A DNA stretch of 64,000 bases, taken from positions 3,714 through 67,713 of the forward strand of contig CASFZN010000017.1 in the NCBI GenBank assembly GCA_949299195.1, in the 5' to 3' direction. The notes under the pieces were generated by a model. That model worked only from the letters and a program-made list of their open reading frames with translations, made no database searches and had not been told where the DNA came from. Each line of letters begins with the position of its first letter. Within the stretch, counting starts at the first letter, position 1. Shown piece by piece: positions 38,319-47,971 of this stretch. The translations under genes were made by a program, and so were the position numbers. The DNA is from an uncultured bacterium. GTDB taxonomy: Bacteria > Bacillota_I > Bacilli_A > RFN20 > CAG-826.

Positions 38319-38978
38319 TTACTCTCCTAATAATTTTTTGATGGCTTCTTTTTTATCTTTAGCTTTAAAAATATATGATCCGCTAACCAAAATATCAGCT
38401 CCAGCATCAACAACACTTTTTGCAGTTAAATCATTGATTCCACCATCAACTTCGATGAGATAATTATAACCATTAACCTTTTTCAAATCATAGAGTTTTT
38501 TTATCTTGTTTATCGAGTTTTCCATAAATTTTTGTCCACCAAAACCAGGCTCTACAGACATAATTAAAACTAAATCTAAATTAGGTAAAAACTCTAAAAT
38601 TTCTTCTACCCCTGTATTAGGTTTAATTGAAATTCCTACTTTTACCCCTTTTTCCTTTATTTTTTTGATTAGTTTAAAAATATCTTCTTTATTCTTTAAA
38701 GCTTCATAATGAAAAGTAATAATATCAGCGCCAGATTTTATAAAGTCAATGAAAAACTTGTCTGGATCGTCAATCATTAAATGAACATCTTTTATTAAAT
38801 TAACATCTTTAATCGAGTTTAATACATGACTTCCAAAAGATATGTTAGGAACAAAATGGCCGTCCATAACATCAAAATGTAAATAATCTGCACCTTCCTC
38901 TTTTAAATATTTGATTTCATTATATAAATTTTTAAAGTCTGCAGATAATATTGAAGGAGCTATAAAAACTTTTCTCAT
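38319..38978 (-). CDS. rpe: Ribulose-phosphate 3-epimerase
   Basis: Motifs IAPSILSADF and HFDVMDGHFVPNISFG; 219 aa. Confidence 0.9.
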   Translation of the reverse strand: MRKVFIAPSILSADFKNLYNEIKYLKEEGADYLHFDVMDGHFVPNISFGSHVLNSIKDVNLIKDVHLMIDDPDKFFIDFIKSGADIITFHYEALKNKEDIFKLIKKIKEKGVKVGISIKPNTGVEEILEFLPNLDLVLIMSVEPGFGGQKFMENSINKIKKLYDLKKVNGYNYLIEVDGGINDLTAKSVVDAGADILVSGSYIFKAKDKKEAIKKLLGE

Positions 38979-38990
38979 ATCTAATTTTTA

Positions 38991-39890
38991 TTATATTTTA
39001 TTCTTTTTCTTAAATCCAAAAATACGTTGGAAAAATGAAGTTGATTTCTTCATTGATTCTTTATTTTCATATAAATCAATAACATCTTTTTTCATTTCGG
39101 CAGCAGATTTATATCTAATATTTAAATCTTTTGCGACGCCCTTAGCTATAATCTCTTCAAACTTTTTAGGTAGGTTTGGCATATAGTTTAAAGGTGAAGG
39201 GAATTCACATCTAACATGATCAATAGCAATTTTATTAACGTTTGTTCCATCAAAAGGTAAATAACCAGTTACAAGTTCAAAAAATGAGACAGTTATCGAA
39301 TAAATATCAGATTGGGCACTTGCTGGTTTTCCTCTAATTACTTCTGGAGCTAAATATTGAGCGGTTCCTACAACCTTTTTTCTCTCATCAACATCAAGTT
39401 CTTTCCCTTCGATAATCGAGATTCCAAAATCACTAACCTTTACAAGTCCATCGCTTCCATAAAAGATGTTTTGAGGTTTAATATCACGATGAATAATGCC
39501 TTTTTCATGCATATTTTCAGCTGCATCTAAAATTTGCATCATTATTTGACAAGCTTCAGGAAGCGGGAAATATCTTTTAAAAGTTAATGCATCTTTTAAG
39601 GTTTGTCCTTTTTGATATTCGTTAACAATAAAAGGTTGTTTTCCATAATAATCATAATCATAAATTTTAACGATATTTGAATGAGATAAACTTGCTGCAA
39701 TAAAAGCTTCGTTTTCAAATCTTACGACATTTTCGTGATTTTTCATCGATTCTTCGCTTAAGATTTTAAAAGCGACACTTCTTTTCATAATAATATCTTG
39801 GGCTTCATAAACATCACCCATTCCGCCATGTCCAATTAGGGCTTTGATTCTATATCGATCACAAATTAAATCATTAATGTTAATCATCAT
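38991..39890 (-). CDS. Ser/Thr protein kinase (Hanks-type) with no PASTA or transmembrane region
   Basis: Motifs GHGGMGDVYEA, HRDIKPQN, DFG and APE. Its start overlaps the PP2C stop (ATGATGATTAA). The exact start, 39890 or 39887, is uncertain. Confidence 0.8.
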   Translation of the reverse strand: MMININDLICDRYRIKALIGHGGMGDVYEAQDIIMKRSVAFKILSEESMKNHENVVRFENEAFIAASLSHSNIVKIYDYDYYGKQPFIVNEYQKGQTLKDALTFKRYFPLPEACQIMMQILDAAENMHEKGIIHRDIKPQNIFYGSDGLVKVSDFGISIIEGKELDVDERKKVVGTAQYLAPEVIRGKPASAQSDIYSITVSFFELVTGYLPFDGTNVNKIAIDHVRCEFPSPLNYMPNLPKKFEEIIAKGVAKDLNIRYKSAAEMKKDVIDLYENKESMKKSTSFFQRIFGFKKKNKI

Positions 39891-40635
39891 TACTCTCCCA
39901 TAATATACATGAAATATTATCGCTACCACCGTTATAATTTGCTAAGTTAACCAAGGAATGAACCTTGTCTTCTGGAGTATTTTTACTATTTAAATTAGCT
40001 TCAATATCTTTAAAAGAAACGTTATTATATAGACCGTCACTACATAAAAATATTTTTTCGCCGTTATATTTATAAATTTTTAAATCGAATGAAAAGGAAG
40101 GAAAAATTCCGACTGCATTCGTAATATAGTGCCTTTTTGGATGAGTTAAAGCTTCACTTGGAGTAATTTCTCCTTTGTCAATTAGATAATTTACGTAAGT
40201 ATCATCATGAGTTAAACATCCAAGTTTTCCATCCTTTACAATATAACATCTAGAATCGCCAGCATTAACTACAATCAATTTTCTTTTTATAAGCATTGCG
40301 CAACAAATTGTAGAGCCCATTCCGCGATAGTCTTCATTTGTATCTTGGAGTTTAAAAACATTTTTATTAATTTTTCTTAATTCATTTTGAAGCCAAATTG
40401 AGCCACTAATAGAGTTTAAAAAAGCTCTTTTTTTACGGAAATCATTACCCAAAGTATCAACAATTTCTTTAGAAGCATAATCTCCTTTTTTATGACCACC
40501 CATACCATCAGCAACACAAAGTAAAACATCTCCATTAGAGTTAATGAAGCCTTTTACTTGATCTTCGTTAGTGATTCTAACTCTTCCCTTATCACAAACG
40601 TATGAGAATAATCCGTTATACTTTTTCTTTTTCAT
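39880..40635 (-). CDS. PP2C-family Ser/Thr phosphatase
   Basis: Motifs LCVADGMGGH and GGSDNIS; 251 aa. Confidence 0.85.
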   Translation of the reverse strand: MKKKKYNGLFSYVCDKGRVRITNEDQVKGFINSNGDVLLCVADGMGGHKKGDYASKEIVDTLGNDFRKKRAFLNSISGSIWLQNELRKINKNVFKLQDTNEDYRGMGSTICCAMLIKRKLIVVNAGDSRCYIVKDGKLGCLTHDDTYVNYLIDKGEITPSEALTHPKRHYITNAVGIFPSFSFDLKIYKYNGEKIFLCSDGLYNNVSFKDIEANLNSKNTPEDKVHSLVNLANYNGGSDNISCILWESNDD

Positions 40636-41665
40636 TTTTTGCTCTTAATTGGCCACAAGCGGCATCTATATCAGTTCCAAATTCCTTTCTAATTGTAGCA
40701 GTTACACCACATTTTGTCAGTGTATCGAGAAAATCGTGAACATTTTTATCATCGCTTCTTTGATAAACTAATTCTTTAATAGGGTTATATGGAATTAAAT
40801 TAACATAAGCTAAAGTGCCTTTAATTAAAGCGGCTAATTCTTTAGCGTTTTCTTTAGAATCGTTAATTCCTTTCAATAAAATATATTCAAAAGTTACCCT
40901 TCTTCCTGCTGTTTTTTCATAATATTTAACAGCATCCATAAGTTCTTCCATATTGTATTTTAAAGATATAGCCATTAATTTATTACGAATTTTATCGTTA
41001 GGAGCATGAAGTGAAATTGCTAAATTAATTTGTAAGCCTTCATTAGCATATTTTCTAATTCCTTCAGTTAATCCGCATGTCGAAACCGTAATATGTCTAG
41101 CTCCGATTGCAAACCCATATGGATGATTTAAGATTCTTACAAAATCTAAGACATTATCATAATTATCAAAAGGTTCTCCAGTTCCCATAACAACAACATG
41201 AGTAACTCTTTTGTTTTCACCTTCTTCTTTTAATAATTGATCTAAAACTAAGACTTCTCCAATCATTTCACCGGTCGTTAAGTCTCTTTTTTTCTTTAAA
41301 AATCCGCTAGCACAGAAACTACATCCCATATTGCAGCCAACTTGAGAAGAAACACAGGCAACATTTCCATAGTTATAACGCATTAAAACCGTTTCAACTA
41401 AGGATTCATCTTCCATTTTTAATAATAATTTTATAGTTCCATCACTGCTAACTTGTTTTTTAAAAATAGTAGGAATAAAAAGTTTAAAATCACGAGTTAA
41501 AATTTCTCTAAAAGCTAAGGAAATGTCGCTCATTTCATCAAAATTTGTAACTCTTTTTTCATAGATCCACTTAAAAAGTTGAGTAGCACGATACTTCTTT
41601 TGAAAATAATTAGTCATTAAAAGTTCTTCTAGTTTTTCTATTTTAAAATCGTAAAGATTATACAT
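40616..41665 (-). CDS. rlmN: 23S rRNA (adenine2503-C2)-methyltransferase, radical SAM
   Basis: Motifs CVSSQVGCNMGCSFCASG and GTGEP; 349 aa. Confidence 0.9.
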   Translation of the reverse strand: MYNLYDFKIEKLEELLMTNYFQKKYRATQLFKWIYEKRVTNFDEMSDISLAFREILTRDFKLFIPTIFKKQVSSDGTIKLLLKMEDESLVETVLMRYNYGNVACVSSQVGCNMGCSFCASGFLKKKRDLTTGEMIGEVLVLDQLLKEEGENKRVTHVVVMGTGEPFDNYDNVLDFVRILNHPYGFAIGARHITVSTCGLTEGIRKYANEGLQINLAISLHAPNDKIRNKLMAISLKYNMEELMDAVKYYEKTAGRRVTFEYILLKGINDSKENAKELAALIKGTLAYVNLIPYNPIKELVYQRSDDKNVHDFLDTLTKCGVTATIRKEFGTDIDAACGQLRAKNEKEKV

Positions 41666-41667
41666 TT

Positions 41668-42909
41668 TTATTTAATTCTCCTAATGATTGCATAATAAAG
41701 AAGGGAGTTTTCTTCTTTATTTGGTAAATAAACTTTTTCTTCAATAAGTTCGAATTCTTCTTTATTTTGTTCAATAAATTCTTCGATTAAATATCTTGTT
41801 TCTTTTAAATTAATCGTAGGAACTAAATATAAAAGTTTGCCATCAACTTCTAAATATTTAGAAATATTTCTAATTCCCGATTTTAAATCGTTAATAATAA
41901 AATCGAGTTCTTCGATTTGGAAATAAACTCCATATTCCGGATTTCTTCTGAATAATTCAAAGTTTGATGAACGTGGAGAATAAAGAATAAAATCTTGTCT
42001 GACATTAAAAATATTTTCTAAATGATTTTCGCTAGCTTCATAAAAATGAGTATTTGAAAGTTTTAATCCCTTCAAATAATCAAACATTTTATAATTTCTT
42101 TCTAAAGTTGCACTGATAAAATTAAGTTCACAGTTTGTATCAGCAAATTTCTTTAAAAAGTCGTAAGCGATGGTGTTTTCTTCGCCTAAAAAACAGGTAA
42201 GTTTTCCAAGATTATATTCAAATTTAGATATCACTTCGTGATATCCAACTTGGGTTAAATAAATCTTTTTATCATGAAAATCATCTTCTTTTCTAATCGA
42301 GGTGTCTTTGGTATATAAATAAAGATCATCGGCCATCTTTTTAAAATCGTTTGAAGGAGCAAAACTCTTTAAGTAATAGGTAGAAACATATTGAGATGGC
42401 ATTGAAGACATTTCATAAATAATACGTAATCCATCGGTTTTTCCATATTGTCTTGAAAGCATTTTAATCAGCCATTTAGGTTTATTAAATCTTAAAGAAT
42501 AATATTCTAAACTACCGTTTTTAACATCAAAGAATCTAAAGGTTCTTTTAACAGAAATTACATTTTTAATAAATGAAATTTCATCTCTAGAAATTTGATA
42601 TTTCCTTTGAATAATAAAGGTTAAAAAGTCATTAAACATCTTATTTTGATCAACTCTTTTTAAGAAAGCATTATTAACATAAAGTAATCCTAAAAAGATA
42701 AATTCATCACTTTTTTCAGGGAAGTTTAAGAATTTAGCAAGATGTTCGATTAAAAAGTAGTTTCTAAAAAATAAGCCACAGATACTTGAAACTTCTAAGG
42801 ATTCATAGCGAGTTAATTCAACAGTTTCTTTTTTTAAGCCATCCTTAAAATTATAAATACCATGAATTACATTTTTGATTATTTTTGTTGAAACTACGAA
42901 TAAATCCAT
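41668..42909 (-). CDS. RsmB/Sun-like (NusB-fold plus m5C RNA methyltransferase fold) protein with degenerate catalytic motifs
   Basis: Occupies the rsmB slot of the fmt-rsmB-rlmN-stp-stk operon. The KPKWL...YG region is conserved, but the SAM motif, the PCS Cys and the TCS Cys are all absent (they read SPRSS and VPTIN). Confidence 0.5.
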   Translation of the reverse strand: MDLFVVSTKIIKNVIHGIYNFKDGLKKETVELTRYESLEVSSICGLFFRNYFLIEHLAKFLNFPEKSDEFIFLGLLYVNNAFLKRVDQNKMFNDFLTFIIQRKYQISRDEISFIKNVISVKRTFRFFDVKNGSLEYYSLRFNKPKWLIKMLSRQYGKTDGLRIIYEMSSMPSQYVSTYYLKSFAPSNDFKKMADDLYLYTKDTSIRKEDDFHDKKIYLTQVGYHEVISKFEYNLGKLTCFLGEENTIAYDFLKKFADTNCELNFISATLERNYKMFDYLKGLKLSNTHFYEASENHLENIFNVRQDFILYSPRSSNFELFRRNPEYGVYFQIEELDFIINDLKSGIRNISKYLEVDGKLLYLVPTINLKETRYLIEEFIEQNKEEFELIEEKVYLPNKEENSLLYYAIIRRIK

Positions 42910-42917
42910 GTTTTTTC

Positions 42918-43460
42918 CTATTTTTTACCTTTTAATTTATCTTCAAAATCTTCAAAAGCGTTGCCTAAAAAGATATCGTTTTCGTTTTCTAAATCTAAAT
43001 TATGATAGTGATGGTGTTCATGGTGATGAGTTTCTTCCACATCTTCACCTTCTTCTTCATAATCATATTCTTCATCATATTCATATTCATAATGACCATC
43101 TTCATTATTTTCGTCTTCTTTCATAAAGCGAGGATAATTTTCATTTAAAGTAAGATGGTAATTATCCATAGAATAATATGAAAATACACACTTAATGTTA
43201 ATTGATACATTCTTAAAATAGTGCTCTAAAAGAGTAAAAGCATCTTCTTCTAAAACACTTACCTTTTTAGGGGCAACAACTTCAATAAATATATTCCAAG
43301 TGTTTTGTTCAACTCCTTTATGGACGATTAAGCCTTCACTGCCATAAAAATCTATTTCATCCTCACTAATTTCATATAAAGAAGCTAGTTTGGAAGTTAA
43401 ATCTTCAGAAATATCTCTAAGTAAATATGGATCTAAACCAAAAACCTTAATAACTATCAT
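42918..43460 (-). CDS. Hypothetical small acidic protein with a His-rich tract (HHHEHHHYHN) and a Tyr/Glu-rich tail
   Basis: 180-aa ORF with no recognisable catalytic motif. Confidence 0.45.
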   Translation of the reverse strand: MIVIKVFGLDPYLLRDISEDLTSKLASLYEISEDEIDFYGSEGLIVHKGVEQNTWNIFIEVVAPKKVSVLEEDAFTLLEHYFKNVSINIKCVFSYYSMDNYHLTLNENYPRFMKEDENNEDGHYEYEYDEEYDYEEEGEDVEETHHHEHHHYHNLDLENENDIFLGNAFEDFEDKLKGKK

Positions 43461-43573
43461 TTTTATTTTCCTTATTATTGACTCTAATTATATTACTCAA
43501 AAATAGTAGTAAAATCAAAAATAATCGCTACATTATATGAATATCTAAATTAATTATATTAATTTAAGAAAGA

Positions 43574-45739
43574 TTAATAGAAGTCAATATAGATTCTTAG
43601 TTCTTTATTTTTCATCACTTCATCAATAAATTCTTTTAAAATCTCTCTAGTTTCTTTTAAATTCTTTGTTTTTATAGCAATTTCATACGAAAAATAGTTT
43701 TTATATTTATTTTGTAAAAAAGATGAGGTAACTATATTATTTCCTAAAATTCTTTTTAAATAGGTAGTTATTGAATAAACTTCCTTTTTTAAAGATTCAA
43801 TATTTAATGAGCACACCTTCATAATATAAAGATTATAAAATGGAGGGTATTGATACTTATTTCTTAAAGATATTTCATAATTAAAAAATCCATTATAGTC
43901 GTTATTTATCGCATAATTTATGATTTTATTATTAACTAATGATGTTTGAATATAAGCTTCTCCATCGATAAATCTTCCGCTTCTTCCAATTGTTTGAACA
44001 AGTAAAGAAAAAGCGTTTTCGTGTGCCTTAAAGGTAGGAATATTAATTAATGAATCGGCATCAATAATTCCTACTAAAGATACATCTTTAAAGTCGTGCC
44101 CTTTGGCAACAATTTGAGTACCAATTAAAACTTTAATTTCTTTATTGTTAAACTTTTTTAAAATTGTTTGAATTTCGTTTAAAGTAGGAGTGTCATCACT
44201 ATTTAAAACTCCAAAAGGTATATTTTTAAATAATTTTTTAAACTCTTCGACAACTCTTTCTATCCCAATCCCTGATAATTTAAAGCTTTTTGAATCACAA
44301 ATTGGACATTTATTAATAAATTTAATTTTATAATCGCAATGATGACACCTTAAAGAATCATCATCACGATGATAGATTAAAGGTAAATTGCAGTTAAGAC
44401 ATTTATAAACATAACCACATTCATTACAAATAACGCTTCTCGCATATCCTCTTTTGTTTACAAGTAATATTATTTGCCTGCTGTTTTTAAGATTTTCTGC
44501 GATTTTTTGAATTAAAGTTTTAGAAAAAATTGAAGAGTATATCATTTCTTCTTTATCTTTTATATCAATAATTTCAACACTATTTTTAGCTTCTGAATAA
44601 TATTTTTGATGAAGTTCTTCTAAGTCGTACTGTTTATTTAAAGCTTTAGCCATACTTTCAATTGATGGGGTGGCGCTTCCAAAAATAACTTTAAGGTTTT
44701 CGATTGAACTTCTTAAAATCGCTACATCTTTTGCTGAATAAGTAAAATCAAAATCTTGTTTATAAGATTCGTCATGTTCTTCGTCGATAATAATATATTT
44801 TAAATTTTTTAAAGGGGCAAAAATTGCACTTCTAGTACCAATTACAATTCTTGCAATTCCTTGAGAAATTTTACGATATTCATCATATCTTTCTGATGGT
44901 TTAAGAGATGAATGTAAAACCGCAATTTCTTCATCAAAATAAGAAATAATTCTTGAAATCATTAAAGGAGTTAAAGCAACTTCTGGAACTAAAATTAATG
45001 CACTTCCGCCATTTAATAAAGCTTCTTCAATTAACTTGATATAAATTTCAGTTTTGCCACTCCCAGTAACACCTTTTAAAAGAATTAACTTATTATTAGA
45101 TATCAAAATATTTTTAAAAACTTTATTTTGTTCGCTAGATAGCTCAATTTTTTTAGAATATTCAAAGCTTTTCTCAATTTTATAGCGATATTTTTCTTTT
45201 CTTATTAACTTAATAACATTTTTACCAACCAAAGCATCTAAAGTTTTAGATTTATAAATTAAGTTTTTGCCTACTATTTTTGTTAAATTATCGAACTTTT
45301 TTAAGATTTTCTCTTCGTTTTTATTAATAGGAATATATTTTATATTGATTAATTCATAAAAATAGTCGTATGCAATTTTAGGCTTATTTAAAGATGAAGA
45401 CTCTCCTCTTAAAGAAGGCGGAAGCATCGTATTTAGTATCGAAATTAAAGGAACAAAATATCTTTCTTTTAAAATATATGCAAGATTAATTAAATTATCG
45501 TTTAAAATTGGTTTTTCATCGATAATATCCGTAATTTCCTTGATTTTGAAACCGAGTTCTTTTTCTTCTTTTTCAATATCAAAAACTTCATTTACATCAA
45601 GCACAAAGCCTACTAAATATTGTTTATGAAAATTAATTGAAACTCTACTTCCTTTATAAACGAAGTCTTTAGAAAAATAATAGAACGTTTGATCTATTGA
45701 ATATACTTTATGTTCAGTTAATACACTTAATAAATACAT
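43574..45739 (-). CDS. priA: Primosomal protein N' (replication restart helicase)
   Basis: Walker A GVTGSGKTE, a DEEH box and a Cys4 zinc-binding region CNECGY...CLNC...CHHC...CPIC; 721 aa. Confidence 0.9.
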   Translation of the reverse strand: MYLLSVLTEHKVYSIDQTFYYFSKDFVYKGSRVSINFHKQYLVGFVLDVNEVFDIEKEEKELGFKIKEITDIIDEKPILNDNLINLAYILKERYFVPLISILNTMLPPSLRGESSSLNKPKIAYDYFYELINIKYIPINKNEEKILKKFDNLTKIVGKNLIYKSKTLDALVGKNVIKLIRKEKYRYKIEKSFEYSKKIELSSEQNKVFKNILISNNKLILLKGVTGSGKTEIYIKLIEEALLNGGSALILVPEVALTPLMISRIISYFDEEIAVLHSSLKPSERYDEYRKISQGIARIVIGTRSAIFAPLKNLKYIIIDEEHDESYKQDFDFTYSAKDVAILRSSIENLKVIFGSATPSIESMAKALNKQYDLEELHQKYYSEAKNSVEIIDIKDKEEMIYSSIFSKTLIQKIAENLKNSRQIILLVNKRGYARSVICNECGYVYKCLNCNLPLIYHRDDDSLRCHHCDYKIKFINKCPICDSKSFKLSGIGIERVVEEFKKLFKNIPFGVLNSDDTPTLNEIQTILKKFNNKEIKVLIGTQIVAKGHDFKDVSLVGIIDADSLINIPTFKAHENAFSLLVQTIGRSGRFIDGEAYIQTSLVNNKIINYAINNDYNGFFNYEISLRNKYQYPPFYNLYIMKVCSLNIESLKKEVYSITTYLKRILGNNIVTSSFLQNKYKNYFSYEIAIKTKNLKETREILKEFIDEVMKNKELRIYIDFY

Positions 45740-46314
45740 TAACTTAATTTTAATTTATTTTTAATGATTTGTTTAATAGCGGTTGCGCACTTTTTAGGAT
45801 CGTCGTTATCAACTACATAATCATATAAAGGAGCTAATTTTAATTCTTCTCTAGCTTTATTGAGTCTAGAGAAAATACTTTCTTCATTTTCGGATTTTCT
45901 GCCTCTAATTCTTCTTTCAAGTTCACTTAAAGAACTACAAGTAATAAAAATTGAGATTTCATCATCCTCATTAAGCTTAGAAATAATTTGTCTAGCACCT
46001 TGAGTTTCAATCTCAACAATAACATTTTTGCCTTCGTTACGGAGGTTTTCAACATAATCTTTTAATGTTCCATAACAATTGCCGCAGAATTCTGCGTGTT
46101 CTAAGAAGGCGTTATTTGATAATCTTTTTTCGAATTCTTCATGGCTTATGAAAAAATAATCTCTTCCATCAACTTCACCAGCGCGAGGTGAACGAGTTGT
46201 ACAAGAGACTGAGAAGGCAAGTTTTAAAGAAGGTTCATCCATTAAGAACGACCTGACCGTACCTTTTCCTACGCCGCTAGGGCCACTTATAATAATCAAA
46301 AGTCCTTTTTTCAT
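45739..46314 (-). CDS. gmk: Guanylate kinase
   Basis: Motif ISGPSGVGKGT; 191 aa. Confidence 0.9.
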   Translation of the reverse strand: MKKGLLIIISGPSGVGKGTVRSFLMDEPSLKLAFSVSCTTRSPRAGEVDGRDYFFISHEEFEKRLSNNAFLEHAEFCGNCYGTLKDYVENLRNEGKNVIVEIETQGARQIISKLNEDDEISIFITCSSLSELERRIRGRKSENEESIFSRLNKAREELKLAPLYDYVVDNDDPKKCATAIKQIIKNKLKLS

Positions 46315-46463
46315 AGGTTTATAGTATATTATATAAATTAATTTGGCGTTTCAATAAAAATTAAGATACTTACTTGAATTTTTAATAAATTGTTAATATT
46401 TTCATAACGATTTTCATTTAAAAATATAGATTATTTAGTCTCTTAAAATTTATAATAATACAC

Positions 46464-47852
46464 GTGAATAAAATTGAATTTTTAAAAGATAGAGTTTATT
46501 TAATTAACGAATCCTTAAAAGGAGCGTATGTTAACAAGATTATTGAAGTTACTTCGAGTGATTTTGAGTTCATTTTTTCGCGTTCTCAATCACCTTCTAT
46601 AATAATTTCGCTTAATTCTTCTTCTCCTTTTATTAAATTAACTAAAGAAAAGTATAAATCCACTCTATCATCATTATTTTTTACTCAACTAAAAAACAAA
46701 TTAATAAATTCCTGTTTTATTGAAGCTTCTTTATATAATGAAGACTCAATTATAGATTTAAAATTTATTAGAACCACAGATACTTACGATAAAATCGAAT
46801 ATCATCTACTTTTTGAAGTCTTTAAAGGCAACACTAATCTTATATTATTAAAAGAAGATAAGATTGATTTAGCTTTTAGATATCATAGTTTAGAAACTTC
46901 ACATCCTTTGATTTTAAATACCATATATTTACCACCTAAAAAGATTGAAATATATAAAGAAATTGATAAAGAAAAGGAAGAATCAAAAGAAAATACTTAT
47001 TTAGATAACTTAAAAACTAAATATTTGACCGAAAAATATAACTCTTTAATCCATCAGCTTAAGAGAAAAAGAAAATCTTTAGAAAATAAAAAAGAAATCT
47101 TAGAAAACGAGATTAAAAAAGCTGAAGAAAACCTTAAATATAAAGAATATGGTGATTATTATCTAACGATAATGGATGAGATTAAAAAAGGGGATACTTC
47201 TTTTACTTATGAAGGAGTTACTATTCCATTAAAAGCTAATTATTCCGTTACCGATAACCTTACTTATTTATATAAAATTTATAAAAAGGCAAAAAATACG
47301 ATCTCTTTAACAAGTAATTTTTTAAATGAAACCATAAATGATCTTTCTTATATTGATTCAATTTTGGCATTGAAAGAAATTTATACTGAAGAAGACTATG
47401 AAATTTTAATTTCTGAACTCAAAAAGAAAAACATTATTAAGATAAAGATGAGATCTAAAGAAAAAGAAATCAAAGCTTCTTTACCATACTATTTTGAATA
47501 TAAAAACGTAAAAATTGGATATGGTAAAAATTCTTTGCAAAATAACGAACTCACCTTCAAAATTGCTAGAAAAACCAATACTTATCTACATATTGCATCA
47601 ACTCATGGATCTCATGTTGTTGTTTTTGATGAACTTGAGAAGATGGATGATGAAGTTTTAGAAGTTGCATTAGAGCTTGTTTTATATCTTTCTAAAAAAG
47701 ATGACGGAGAAGTTTTTGTATCTCCTATTAAAAACGTTAAAAAAGGTAGTTTTTTAGGCGAAACAAACCTTTTAAAATACGAAACATATTACTATAAAGA
47801 TAAAAAATATAATATAAGCCAACTTATTAAGGACTCAAAAAGATTCCAATAG
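46464..47852 (+). CDS. RqcH/FbpA (NFACT) family protein, short form
   Basis: NFACT-N-like N-terminus, a coiled coil, and a NFACT-R/DUF814-like motif ASTHGSHVVV. GTG start; 462 aa against about 570 for B. subtilis RqcH. It is gmk-adjacent, as yloA is in Bacillus. Confidence 0.55.
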   Translation: MNKIEFLKDRVYLINESLKGAYVNKIIEVTSSDFEFIFSRSQSPSIIISLNSSSPFIKLTKEKYKSTLSSLFFTQLKNKLINSCFIEASLYNEDSIIDLKFIRTTDTYDKIEYHLLFEVFKGNTNLILLKEDKIDLAFRYHSLETSHPLILNTIYLPPKKIEIYKEIDKEKEESKENTYLDNLKTKYLTEKYNSLIHQLKRKRKSLENKKEILENEIKKAEENLKYKEYGDYYLTIMDEIKKGDTSFTYEGVTIPLKANYSVTDNLTYLYKIYKKAKNTISLTSNFLNETINDLSYIDSILALKEIYTEEDYEILISELKKKNIIKIKMRSKEKEIKASLPYYFEYKNVKIGYGKNSLQNNELTFKIARKTNTYLHIASTHGSHVVVFDELEKMDDEVLEVALELVLYLSKKDDGEVFVSPIKNVKKGSFLGETNLLKYETYYYKDKKYNISQLIKDSKRFQ

Positions 47853-47969
47853 TTTCCACGTGGAAACTTATAAAAGCGATAAATATCGTTTCTATCAATA
47901 AAAATTATGGCTAATTTCTAGCCATATTTTTTAATGCTTACTTTAATGCTTACTAAGAAATAAAGTAAG
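47852..47969. repeat. Repeat locus C: GTTTCCACGTGGAAAC (47852-47867), then a terminator hairpin, then a tandem AATGCTTACT unit and AATGCTTACTAAGAAATAAAGTAAG (47933-47969)
   Basis: The palindrome begins at the G of the rqcH TAG stop codon. Confidence 0.7.
47907..47932. terminator. Rho-independent terminator between two convergent genes
   Basis: Stem ATGGCTA/TAGCCAT with loop ATTTC, then ATTTTTT; an A-run lies on the other side. Confidence 0.7.
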
Positions 47970-47971
47970 TT

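Noticed and set aside
46457-46466. CACGTG upstream of rqcH as a sixth copy of the palindromic repeat
   Set aside because: Only the 6-bp core CACGTG matches, overlapping the GTG start codon. The flanks do not match GTTTCC/GGAAAC.
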